Positions 37,363-49,632 of a DNA stretch of 64,000 bases are shown here, in pieces. Under the pieces are notes generated by a model that ran no database searches, was not told the origin of the DNA, and saw nothing but the letters and a program-made list of their open reading frames with translations. Position numbers and translations under genes: made by a program. The stretch covers positions 1,777,927-1,841,926 of the forward strand of contig OZ199838.1 of assembly GCA_964304625.1 (NCBI GenBank). Direction: 5' to 3'. The stretch's first letter is position 1, and each line of letters opens with the position of its first letter. This DNA is from Kudoa neothunni (lineage: Eukaryota; Animalia; Cnidaria).

Positions 37363-40300
37363 ATGGATGATGAGAATGAATATGAACGCGGCTCCACACC
37401 ACAACAATATGAAAATAGCCAACTAATCTTAACTAATAATATAGAGAGTGTAATCTCCGAGTCGGATTCTGAAAGTAATTTAGTTGGTGCATGTATTTGT
37501 TGTGGTTTTGTTTGTGTATCAATTTCAATATTACATAGGTTCCATGAACAACTTGGATGTGGTAGATCTCCACAACAATGGTATCAATATAACGCAATTA
37601 CATTCGTTGATCAATCCGAAATTGACCAAAGGAAACACCTAGTAATGATTTCTCTCAATATCAAACTATATTTATATGTTAATTTAAATGTGTATCTAGT
37701 TATGTGTTATCTCGAAGTTGGTATTCAAAATGGGAGACCAGCTACAGAAATAGAAACCAAATTCTCCCAAACTGTGACAAAGAATTCATCGATAACAGTG
37801 ACATACTCGATCCCAACAATAAACACCTACTTCAAGCAAACCTAAAACAAACTCGTTTTATTTATTTGGACGAAGATGCGTGGGCAAAATTAAGCAATTT
37901 TTGTTCAGTGATACCTGGCCAATTGTCAATAAAGCGAAAAGCGATTGAAGCCAGTTTGGATCACAATCTAACTATATTGGAGTTGTATCCATGTTTTGTT
38001 AAGTTGTGTGTGGATCACAACCCCACCGAAGTAGTAGAAATAGTGGTGAGTAAAAGTGAGCGCCTAATCTCACTCTACCATCAATCTATGGAGATGTTTA
38101 AACTGGATCCACCAAGTGACAACAATCACAATCAAGTGACTTTGTGGTTGATTGAGGATGCGGGATTAAAATGGAGAAAAATCGATTCAACCTCTGATTC
38201 TTACGTGGCTCAACTGTTACAACCCACCGAAAGAGTTGCACCTTCCGTTACCTTGACAGTTGTTATCACCCTTAACAGTGAACCTCCCAAAAATGGCATA
38301 TGTGCTTTCAGTGTTGTTGTGGAGAATAGTTGGAAACCCCACCCTAAAACTCTATCCAAATCATCGCTCTCGCTGTCGCCGTTACCCTTCCAAGCCACGC
38401 GATCTCACATTTCTGGTAATGTGGGGTTGCAAAATCTTGGCAACACTTGTTATATGAATTCGGCTATTCAGTGTCTTTCTCATGCCATGTGTTTGACTCA
38501 ATATTTTTTGGGTGATATTAATGGTGGTGTGATTTGATTGTTGAGCTGTCATTTGTCATTAGATGACAAGCACTTATCTGAAGTGAACGAGATGAATCCC
38601 CTTGGAGCTAATGGCAATCTCGCGCGCGCATATGGAAACTTAATTAAAAAATTATGGCAGACAAACTGCGACTCAACTTGGCCATGCTTCTCACCAAACG
38701 AAATGAAATACACCATTGGCCTATTCTCATCGCAGTTTGCTGGCTATGGGCAACAGGATTCCCAAGAATTGTTGGTTACTCTTCTGGATGGTTTGCATGA
38801 GGATCTCAATCGAGTGAGGCGTAAACCATACATTGAGTTGACTGATGTCACCCATAAACCGCTGGATGAGGGAGCACTACTCGCATGGAATGTACACAAA
38901 GCTAGAAATGATTCGATTGTGGTGGACAATTTTCACGGTCAACTTCGATCGACGATCCAATGTCCATCTTGTCATACTGTAGGTTTGAGTTGAACTTTAG
39001 CTTTTGTTTCTAATGACTAATTGAAAATGTCTAATTTATCAGTTATAATGACCAATTTAGGTATCGGTGACCTTCGACCCTTTCGTATGCTTATCGTTAC
39101 CGTTGCCAGCGTTGTCAGATGTTAAAATTATCGTGTCAGTAACCCCATATGATATAAACAAGAGTGTCAAAATCGTATTTTTATCCGCCATCTTTTATAA
39201 CGACATTTGAGTATTTAGTACAAATTCAAAGCACCCATCGGATGCTCCACGAGAAACATTGCCGATTTTGTGAAAGAACGCGTTGGACTAACTCATGACA
39301 ATGTTATTCGCTATTGATTTTTGGCGCGTGTGTGATTCGACTGATTCTCTTTAGTATTTTGTACATCCTCAGTATTCGTCAGCCGTCGTGTTGTTGTCTG
39401 TGTTCCCTACGTTGAATATCGACCTGAAATCTTTGACCAAAATAGATTTGTAATCTAGTTGAGTGTAATTTGTCTAAATTGGATGAATTTTTTAGCTTTG
39501 AGTTTGATCCTTCGTTTACCGTCGATGATGTTCGCGCCGATCCGTTTCGTTGCCGCTGGGCACTTATTAGACATAATGTTTCGAATGAAACGTATTACGC
39601 GTGAGAAAGAAGTATGGGGTTTAATCTATTTTAGCTGTTTTGGAAGTCGACTCTTCCCGAATTCGATGCTCGTCCCTTTACCTAATGGTTTTGTCGCTGG
39701 TGTGAACAAGCCTTTAAATGTTCAGATTATTTACAATTCGGTTGTGAATAGATTGAGGTTTTTTAATTTGTTGATATTTATTTTTATATCTATATCGATT
39801 TTAGGGAATTTTTAGAAAAACACAAAAACACAGCTGCTTTTAACTCTATGCCCTTGACGAACAATCTACAAATGTCCAACGAAAGTAAATCCTTTTAATC
39901 TGCTATGCGGTTTTTATAGTTTTTCAATTAGATGAAAATCATGTCTCACCCGCAACAGTATATTTTTGTTTAGTCGTTGTTGGTTGATGTTGACTTGGGC
40001 TGCTGAGCTAAGATTTTGTATAATTTATTTTTGCGCTAAATTATATGCGATGCTCTTTTATTTTAATATTTTATTCGCGTGCTAATCATTATTCCTTAAT
40101 TCCTTACAATGTATCAAATTCTGACAATGTAATTGGTCTTTTGTATTATATTTCTACTTTTAAATTAAATTTGTTGGCGGATAATATTGTCTTGTCACAC
40201 AATTAAATTATTTATCTTAGCTAATATCGGCTTCAACCAACAATGTCTAATTACTGTTTAATTGATTAATTATTTGATGATTTAATTGCGTATTAGACCA

Positions 40301-41335
40301 TAATGCTGCTGGAACGAGATGATTTATTCACGGTTGCAAAAACAAAGTATCAGGGATTCTTTGAAAGTAGTCGTGATGCACAACCCAAAGGTCGGTCTCT
40401 TATTTTTGATTGTTTTTTTACTGTTTTCGTTAATCCAGGCCCCATACCTATTATTGTTGATATTAATTGGAATGAAGGATTAAATAATGCTTTGTTTTCT
40501 AATCATGCCCCGTATGAAGTAACCATATTTTTATTTGGTTGATTAAAATTTAATTATGATTGTCGCCAATTCAGAGTGAAGATAGTGATTTATCCGGTGA
40601 TTTTTCCTCGTCGTGGGATCACATCAACTCTGAGTCCAGCAGAACTGATTCCAACTCGTCCACCGACGAATACACTCTGCAGCGATGCTTGGACAGCTTT
40701 CTTACCAAAGAAACTCTTTCATACAACAACTCTTGGTATTGTCCCAAATGCAAATCTAACCAGTTTGCCTCAAAAAAGTTCGACATCTACAAACTCCCCA
40801 AAATACTCATTATCCATCTTAAACGATTCAGCTATAACAGGTACGTGTAAGCCTTTGAAATCGGCTTCTTTTTGCAAGCCTATTAAATTTATCCTCTAGG
40901 ATTATGCGAGGCAAAATCACCAAGCACATTGTGTTTCCTATTGATTATCTTGATATGTCCCCGTATGTGCTAAACAAAACACACTCAACTCCCAACAAAT
41001 ATAGTCTTTTTTCAGTTTCAGTAATTTCCTTTGTTGTTATTACAATAGAGTAATTAATCACCTTAGAGACATATTGGAAGTCTTAGCGGCGGACATTGTA
41101 TTTTCACCTTCTAATGTCTACTAATTCCTCTTTTTGAAATCAATATAGATACCGCCTATGCGAAAAATTATCTCAATAATAAATGGTACCATTTTGATGA
41201 TAGCCGTGTTAGCGAAGTGAGTAATGTGAAATCTTTGGTAACAAATTTCATTTTGAAACAATTCAACTAATTAGATTTTTTTTAACCTAGGCTGAAGATG
41301 CGTATCTTTTGATGTATCAACTTGCCGAAGATTAA
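37363..41335 (+). CDS. Ubiquitin-specific protease of the USP4/USP11/USP15 family (DUSP-UBL-split catalytic domain)
   Basis: DUSP-like [11 protein letters not shown]; Cys box [20 protein letters not shown]; [25 protein letters not shown]; [18 protein letters not shown]; [30 protein letters not shown]; His box HIGSLSGGH|[16 protein letters not shown]; AYLLMYQ..*. The start may lie slightly upstream. Confidence 0.93.
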
Positions 41336-42054
41336 TCTATTTTGTATACAACGACCTTAGATGATCATATTAGGATTTGTTTTATAAAAACTTGTGTACT
41401 TGGTTGTAAAACATTTGATAGTACCCATCTCTTAATTGATATTAACTGATATTTGGTTGAACGGTCTAATGTTCTGTTTTTATTTAATCTTCTCAGCGTC
41501 CTTGTCCTTGAGGTTAATTAGAGCTTGAACTACTTTGTGGCGTTTTTGTTTACTCAGAGAGCTTCAGTTATTTTAGAGGTTAAGCTGCTCTCCTACTATG
41601 TACAGTGCAATAGGTGTGCGTAATACTTGATCGTCTCTTTTTTACGCAAAATTGAATTTGAATTTTCTAATTCCTACTCATAATAAAGAGAATACTCTTA
41701 AATACGAAATAAATCAAAAACTGACATTCTTTCTTTGATGTCAAACCGACCTTAACCTATATTTAGTTATTTCTGATCCACCGCTTTTCTCAAGGGGACA
41801 AAAATAATTAAATATAACAGATTATGAAAAGGGAAGTCTGTATATAGTTTGTTAATAGGAATGACGAGGATTAAAAATTGACTTTATGTATGCGCGCGCA
41901 TATCATGGGGGATTTAACTTTAGACTGTGTCTATTTCACAGGCAATTAATATCTCTAAAACTAACTGGTAAAATTTATTGAAATTTCGTTTATTAACATA
42001 ATCCATAAAGATCAATCGATTTGTAAATTTTAAAACATATTCAGATATGATATG

Positions 42055-42657
42055 CAGTCGAACCTAAATAATGTTTTACGTGCGCGGTTTGTTATATTTC
42101 TATTTAAAGGATTGTATACAGTACAACCTCGGAGTTTGACCCAAAATTTTGGGTCAGAAACATTTTGGAATTCGAACACATATAGAAAGGGTATTCAGAA
42201 CAAATCCAGTTGGTGCAAATAAACAAACAAATATTATCCTATATTTCATTTTTATTATAATGTTTAATATTTATTTTTCATATTTTATAAACACAAGGTA
42301 GGCATGTTTTTTCATAAATAAGAATAAAAATAGTCATTTTTTGTTACGCGGTAACGGATTATGGTCGAAGTCCGAGGTTGCATTGTATTTGATTTATAAA
42401 CAAGTTTTATTTTTTATTAAATAAAATGGATTAACTTCTGCCATTTCAATTAAAAATATCGGTATTTTTATTAATTAAGAACATGGAGACTTGAATGAAA
42501 AAATAGTACATGATTATGAGAGAAAACACGTTTACGGAGCAGTAATCTACTTTTCTAGATTTTTGAGTATTTATTGACAAGAAACTTCAATAAAATCTAA
42601 ATAAAATTAAAAATATCTTCTGTGTGGTGAGATTTCTGGATAATCGAGGTTTGACGG
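42055..42657 (+). mobile_element. Tigger/pogo-type MITE (copy 2) interrupted by a nested MITE
   Basis: CAGTCGAACCT ... GATAATCGAGGTTTGACGG; homologous to 20209-20791. Confidence 0.78.
42119..42385. mobile_element. Nested 267-bp MITE with 23-bp TIRs and TA duplication
   Basis: TA|CAGTACAACCTCGGAGTTTGACC ... GGTCGAAGTCCGAGGTTGCATTG|TA; absent from the paralogous copy at ~20307. Confidence 0.85.
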
Positions 42658-42668
42658 CGTATAGATGT

Positions 42669-43897
42669 CAAAGTTGCCAGAGTTGATACAAAACTTTGCG
42701 AAATGGTACGTTTTCGCTCTAAATAAAGGTATTGGTACTTTCAATTCGACTTCGAAGCAAATTGGTACGTTTTAAAGTCAATGAGTTTAGTGAAAAAAAT
42801 ATTATAAATGCATTTCACATGATGAGATAATGTGTTAGAAGACTTGGCACAAAGTATCCACAAATAGCGCTCAATATAGCTCAAAACTTCAAAATGAACA
42901 TAACGAATTACAAATTTTATTTGGCACCAAATATCAGAAAATATTGCACCTCTATTTAAACTCATAAGATAAGTAAAGTGTACCATGCGTTTTTAACTAT
43001 TTTTTAAACGCAGTTATGAAACTCAACGTTGAATTACAAGATGAAAGTTTAGAGTTCTTTAACTAAGGAATTCCTTTGAAAATATCATTAAGTGAAAATC
43101 AATGATGTTGGAGAAGTCTGATAAAAAAATAACATCTTCTGAGGCTTGAATTTTAAATACTTCTTAAATTATATTCTTCCGGTTAAGTTTTTTTTATGAG
43201 TCGAAAGTAGAATCAATTTAAAATGAAAATACTACTGGAATAAGTACTTAAGATCTTGTTTTCTTTCCTACCAAAACTCTGGAGTTCCATTTATTACTGA
43301 CGAAACAGATATTTCAAAGGTTTTTAAGCATCGCAAAATTTATATGCATTTACAAATATTATTGCTGAAGATAAGTATTTAAATTTGGATATTTCATTTA
43401 AAAAGACCCCAAGAAATATTGGTATGCAGTCACAAATAAAAGAAGAGGAGAAATATTCAAGTATAAATTACTGCCAAAATTAATACTGTCTACTTGCTTT
43501 GCTTCATTCGTCTAGTTCTGCCAACAGATTATTTTCATTAGAAAATAAAAAAAGTTAACAAACAGATTTACATTGGAAGATGAAACAATAAATACTCTTT
43601 TATATCTGAATGTTTACTGAGACGCCAGTCGCATGAACTAGAATTCATCTGAACAATTAATTAAAATGCTAGAAAAAATAAACCTATCTGATGAGGAGGA
43701 CGGTGAAACTGAATTAATATTTTGATGTATAAATAGATTCTATCAACTATTGTTTCTATTTCGATTAGTTTACTGTTGCTAGAATTATATTTTTTTCTAT
43801 TATTTTTAAAGTATGGAAATTTTTTTTAAATCTTAGTACGATTTTAAATTTGTTGGTACTACTTGGTACGATTTACAAAAATCGTCTGGCAACCCTG
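42669..43897 (+). mobile_element. Internally deleted hAT element
   Basis: TIRs CAAAGTTGCCAGA / TCTGGCAACCCTG; 8-bp target duplication ATAGATGT/ATAGATGG; subterminal TGGTAC repeats at both ends; dimerisation-domain relic LLALLHSSSSANRLFS..RFTLEDETINTLLYL at ~43490-43608. Confidence 0.85.
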
Positions 43898-44589
43898 ATA
43901 GATGGATAGATGACCTTAAAATAAAGCACGTGACTGAATGTAAACAGATTTTTAACTTTAGAACCAGATTAACTACTAAATTATTTATTGTTAAATGTAT
44001 TAAAATGTTTTATAAATCACCAAAATCAATATGTTGTGGCTGTGAACTTGTTTCACATCAATTTGTGCGCTAGAGTGTTAAATCAGAATCTATTTAACGT
44101 CATTATGAAGTTTAATTTTTAATGAATTAAAAACGTTAAAGATTTATTAGCTTCCATTCGCAAATTTTTTAAAAATAGAAAAATAATAAACTCCTCTTTA
44201 TGTCTAAATGATTCAAAATGATACCATGGATATAATTAATTAAAGAAAAAGATTTAGGAAATTATGACTGGAGCCGAAAAAGTTACGTTAAATCGATAAT
44301 CCCCATTTTTATACAAAATCTCTTTATGAATTACTTATCATTGTAATTTAAGAAAATAGCTTGGACCGAAAATTATAGATAAGTGAAGAAAAAGTAAAAG
44401 AACGGAAAATGGATTATCTACAGTAATTGCTTATCTCTAACATTTTTATATTAACAAGAATTGCATGGAGTGCCCTTCTGTAATCAGCTTGAAAAATAAT
44501 AAACCGATTTTATAAAAACATTTTCTGAATTGGAAATTATACTTTTTTGAGTAAACCCCCAAAAGATTACAGAAGTGTGAAAAATCTTG

Positions 44590-45659
44590 GTTGAACATAC
44601 GTTTTCTAGTGGACTATGGATTATCGGATTTGAGTATATAATGTATTTTTATACCCTTATTTGAATAAATTTGTTTAACGTCTGGCAAATTCCTGACGGT
44701 GTTGTCGCTGGTCTTGTGGAGGAAGCTGTCGATGTAGGCTATAAACACCTTGATTGTGCATTGGTTTATCGGAACGAATACGCGTTAGGTCACGAGTACC
44801 TTTCCACCATAAAAAGCAGGGATCAACTGTTTATCACGTCAAAACTTTGGTCCATCCTCCACCAACCAGAGTTGGCAAAGGACTTCAACAAACCCTTTCA
44901 GACTTGTGTCCTGACTACCTTGATCTTTATTCAGTCCACGCTCCTGTTCTATGTGATTAAAATACTTCCAGCATGTTTGTTATTCAATATTTTAAACAAG
45001 AATGGATCGCTGAAACATGACATGCCATGGAAAAACTCTACGAAAATGGAAAATGCAAATCCATCGGTGTAAGTAATTTTTCCACCACAAAACTGCAATG
45101 GCTTATTGAAGAGGCTTCCATTGTGCCACATGTTAACCAAGGTTTTTTGTAATCTGCCAATGATATGAGCTTTTAAGTCAAATTAGTGGAGTTACACCCG
45201 TATTTGCCTCAAAACAAACTCGTTAAATTTTTCCGAGATCACGAAATCCAAGTTGTTGCCTATTCCCATTCCCCTTTTTGGCTCTCAAACTATTGGTTTC
45301 AGTAAACGGACTGATCCTGCTCTGCTTAAAAATCTCATTGCTGTTAATATTGTTAACATAAATAAAATAACAATAACCCCCACCCAAGTAATTTCCTACA
45401 TCAAGACAATTGGTTCACACTCTTAACCAAATAAGGTGCTCATAGCTTGGAGTATTCAGTGTGGGATACCTGCAGTGGTGAATTCATCGAGCAAAGCTCG
45501 TATGACAGAGAATTTCGCTGCCAAAAATATCACTCTCCCTGATGATGATATGAAGACCCTTTCAAACATGAAGACTCAATGCAGATATCACGATTATGAT
45601 TTGTTCCTAGCTGAGGGAAAACTGTGGATGAATTTTGGGATGGCGAAACATTCAATTAA
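44590..45659 (+). pseudogene. Aldo-keto reductase (AKR1-like), probable pseudogene
   Basis: AVDVGYKHLDCALVYRNE, RDQLFITSKLW, DYLDLYSVHAP, KSIGVSNF, VNQ|VELHPYLPQ, AYS, Q|VLIAWSIQ, EFWDGE. Lesions: TGA at 45018-45020 in place of the conserved Trp of ETWxAME, a first intron with no AG acceptor (tttaac), small deletions and several frameshifts. Confidence 0.75.
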
Positions 45660-46175
45660 CCCTTTCGTTTCTAATATTTTTCGAGTTGAAAATCGTTATG
45701 CTGTGTTGATTGTATTTTGTTCACTTTGGATTATTTTTAAACAACATCAATAATTGTTTTGGATTTTGTGTTTAATTTTCAACAGTTAAATATATGAGAG
45801 AATAGGAATTTAAGGAAAAAAGAAAGAGGGTATTGGCATTATAAATTTAATCTTGAATGTCATTCACGCAATCCCGCCCAGAATTTTTAATCCTAGAAAC
45901 TTTTATTCACAAACTGTATATGGATTTGATATTTTAGAGTCAGTTACATTTTATTAGTAACATGAATATTATATCCATGTCAATGGCCACTTTCGGTTTC
46001 CCCCTGGATTCACCCCACGATTGGCCCTGACTATAAAATTTTGTTTTAAATTGAAATTTTAAGTCCGGATTGGATCATAGGTCTTGTGAATTATTATTTT
46101 TCAACAAGAATAAATTGATAATTGAATGGTAACAATCTATATTTAAGGTTACTTCATTTAAACATATTTGGTTAT

Positions 46176-46209
46176 GTACCGTATGCCTCGGGATACGGAG
46201 GGTTCACTG
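46176..46209 (-). mobile_element. Solo Tigger-type terminal sequence
   Basis: Reverse complement reads TA|CAGTGAACCCTCCGTATCCCGAGGCATACGGTAC with an internal hairpin. No partner end found. Confidence 0.4.
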
Positions 46210-46723
46210 TATTAAAAATGAAACATCATATTTTATAAAGTGCTCTTTATTTTTACGTATTAAGTATAATACGCCTGTTAAAAATTAAATTAATCATGTC
46301 TAAAGGTGTAAAAATTAGCAGACATGAATATCAACTGATTTTTAAGTAAAAAAGTACAAAAATTACACCCAAATTAAAATTTCAATACGAATTAAAAACA
46401 ATAATTAGGGAATAATAATAATAATAATATAACTTAGAACTCAAAAATTTATCAGTATACATCAAAGTGTACAAATGAAGCCAAGTTTAAAATTACAAAA
46501 CAAAAAATTTTGATTTAGAAAATATATATCACAATTTTTGGTGCAAAATGACAATTATGGAGGGAAATATACCTTTGACAATGAAAAAATAGAATTCAAT
46601 AATCGAACAAGAATATACAAGAAAAATAAATCTACAAATAAATTTATAGCTATGTTTAAAGAAAATAACAATCGCTAATTTAAAACAACATATGGTCTAA
46701 ATTTAATAAATATTCCGCCATAT

Positions 46724-47479
46724 TTAGGTAGGCCTAAGGAAGTTCGGATTGGTAGACAATTTACTAATTATCATATTGAACCATTTATTTAGGCAATCCA
46801 AAGGGATCCATATTTTTTGACTGTCTTCGGGAGAGAAGGCATTGGTGGCTATTTTGTTAGGGGTTATAGAATAGGAAGATGCGTAATTGTAAAAATTCTC
46901 CAGAAGATTTTGAATTTGATTCAATTTTTTTTCATTTCCGGTATTGCTCGAATTGGTGTTGTTATCCCCACTGCTGGCAGCTACTTTGGCTTGAATTTCA
47001 GCGATCGACTCGTGCTCGAAATATAAAAATGCGGTAGTTTGTGGGAGAAATTCAGAGTTGGCATAAGCTGTAGATACTGCAACCTGTAATCCTTGTTGAT
47101 AGGAATCCATGTTTTTAATCTAATATTAATGCGAATAAGAATTATTAAGATGAACGAATATTCGAGAGAACTTGATTTAAGCGGAAAAATGCGCTGGGCT
47201 TTTGATTCGACAAGAATCCCATGTATATAAAGTTGTTTTTGTTAATTTCGGTAGTTGGGAATGATATATAAACTGCAGTGGCTAGGCCTTCTTGATGTGC
47301 CATCGTTCCAGTTAAAAATACTGCCAAACTATTGACTTCGTGATAATTTGGAAGGCACATCAGACAATGAGTGTCATCGATAATTTTTATATCGGTGCAT
47401 ACCTATTTAATTGTCTTAGATCACAAAAGTAGGCCAACTACAGTTTTACAAGTCTTCCTGGAGCAACGTATCCGTACAT
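46724..47479 (-). CDS. HIKESHI: Hikeshi/OPI10 family (Hsp70 nuclear import carrier), 3 exons
   Basis: MYGYVAPGRL|VCTD...LPNYHEVNSLAVFLTGT...AVYISFP...MGFLSNQKPSAFFRL; LLENFYNYASS; IPLDCLNKWF..KLSTNPNF. Confidence 0.9.
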
Positions 47480-49632
47480 TGGTGAATTTAGCACGTGACC
47501 AACCAGTAAGGAATCTTCCAGATTTAGTTAACCTACCTAAATAAGTACAGTATTAAATTCGATCATATTTATTAATTTCTATAAAATAGTAGATTTTTAG
47601 ACTAATCGATTGATGTATTTTTGGACTCCGTACGTTATATAATTAGTATACAATTGAATGACAAACTACCGAATGCATTTTGATTTGATGACAGCGTACA
47701 TTTTGGTGCTTGAAAAACATCAGAATTTTAAGAAATAATTATATCAAAAATTCCATTTAATAATATTTGATTAAATATTTATTTAATTTTCCATCTTAAA
47801 AAAGTTATAAAATTTTAATACCAATCAATAAACTAATATTCAATTTGATGTTTAAATCTGAGTAGACAAATATTTTAGGAAATTTAATAAGACTCCAATT
47901 TTAAATTTCTATTTAAAATTTTAAAAATATTGAAGTGAATTAATTCTTTTTATATTTTCACTTATAAAATGTTTTATTATGATTTTACTTTTATATTCAT
48001 AAAATATTGACATCGTGATATTAATTTTGTGATATTTTTTTCAATATAATACACATCAAAATATAGTTTTTAATATAAAATAAAAAATAATGGCTACATT
48101 TACCGAATAAAAATTATAATTAGTTTGTACACCAGTCCTAAATTTTTTAGATCAAATTAGTGTGATATTTGTTGAAGCTATAATTGTAGAAATGCCTGAA
48201 TTTCATCCAATAAATTATTTTGGATTTTAAAGTTATGCATATGCTACAATTAATTAGCTAATTCTCGTGTGACATAAGAAATCATTATTCTTATAGACAG
48301 GGAATCGATAGAGTGGGCAATCGCTAAGAATATCTTGTGATAATCCGTCAAAATTAGAGTTTTTCAATTTCAATTTTAGAATACATAAAACATGCGTTAC
48401 TCGAACCGGCTTAGTTGGTAGTATAGCCTGTTGAATTAATCGTGAGGGGCTAGGAATTCAACCAATATTAGATTATAGAAACTATTATTAGAATGAAATA
48501 TAGAAGTTGCCGATATACCCTACTGGGGACGCAACAGTGATACATACTCAATAATAAAATATTCAACAGGCTTGTTTTTGCCCACTGTCCCTGAGTTGGA
48601 TTACGGTCACTATTCTGCAATTTAACCATTTTTAATATTAAAATTACATACAGTAAACTATCCACACTGCTTGGCGCGGGTAATGTGTAATTTGCTATAT
48701 TTTAGCATATTTTTTGAAAATTTGAACTTATGTACATTATTTGGGATACAACTTGGGGTTAGTCGGGTAACGTCGGCAAAAGAAAAAATGAACCTTTTTT
48801 CGGCTTGTAGATTTTATACTCTACCGAAGGTATAAAGGAAAGATAGTTAGCATATTTATAAAAGAAATTATGATTAATTTCGTTATCTAAAATATTATTT
48901 TTTTGCGTTTATTATCGATCTTTGCAATTGGGGTTCCCAATAATGTAGATTAGCCCAAAACTTTGTAAATTTTTTACGCGATGGTTTATATTTTCTCGAA
49001 AATAACCAATATTTAGAAAATCAATAGTGTCTATTGTTTCTAAATAAAAAACGCACTTCATTTTAGCTGTTTCTCCGATAATTACCATTTTTTGTGAGCG
49101 CGGTCCATTATGATGTAATTTGGCCAAAATTTTATTCCGATACGGCAAAATAATAATAGTATATGAAGCCAGAAACTCATTTCTGATGTGTTAATTAAAA
49201 TAAAATTAAAAAAAGGAAAATTGATGTTCTTTCTATTACATAACTTAAATGGTTTATTTTAATCATTTTAACCCTCAAAATTTTTTACGATAAAAACTGA
49301 AAATGACTCGTTCTCAGAGAAATAGTGAGGATACAATAAGAACAAAAATAAAATTATGATCTACTGAATAGTCGCACACAGAGTTCAGACCTTCGAGCCA
49401 CTGCTTGAAGGCGGTGGTATCATACCGCTCTGCTGCTGATTGCACATATGTTAACTTTTGTCACATTCCATCCAATTAATCATTTTACCAAATATTCTAA
49501 AAATCTAAGAAACCTCACAAAATTAGTGAATATTTTAAAAAAATATCAGTATCGTTTGTGCATGTGCGTAATTTGTTGTGTCAAGCAAATTACTCAAACC
49601 CGGGAGTTTGCTGTAATATTTGTAAGGATTCG

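Noticed and set aside
44633-44679. Non-canonical (U12 or GT-AC) intron in AKR
   Set aside because: No RTATCCTT donor; a mutated acceptor in a pseudogene is the simpler explanation.
45018-45020. TGA at a conserved Trp as evidence of an alternative genetic code
   Set aside because: TGA terminates CHMP6 and RAD51C, TGG encodes conserved Trp elsewhere, and this locus has other lesions.
48401-48465. tRNA-like stretch (GCTTAGTTGGTAG ... GGAATTCAACC)
   Set aside because: Only an A-box-like motif; no consistent cloverleaf or T-loop.
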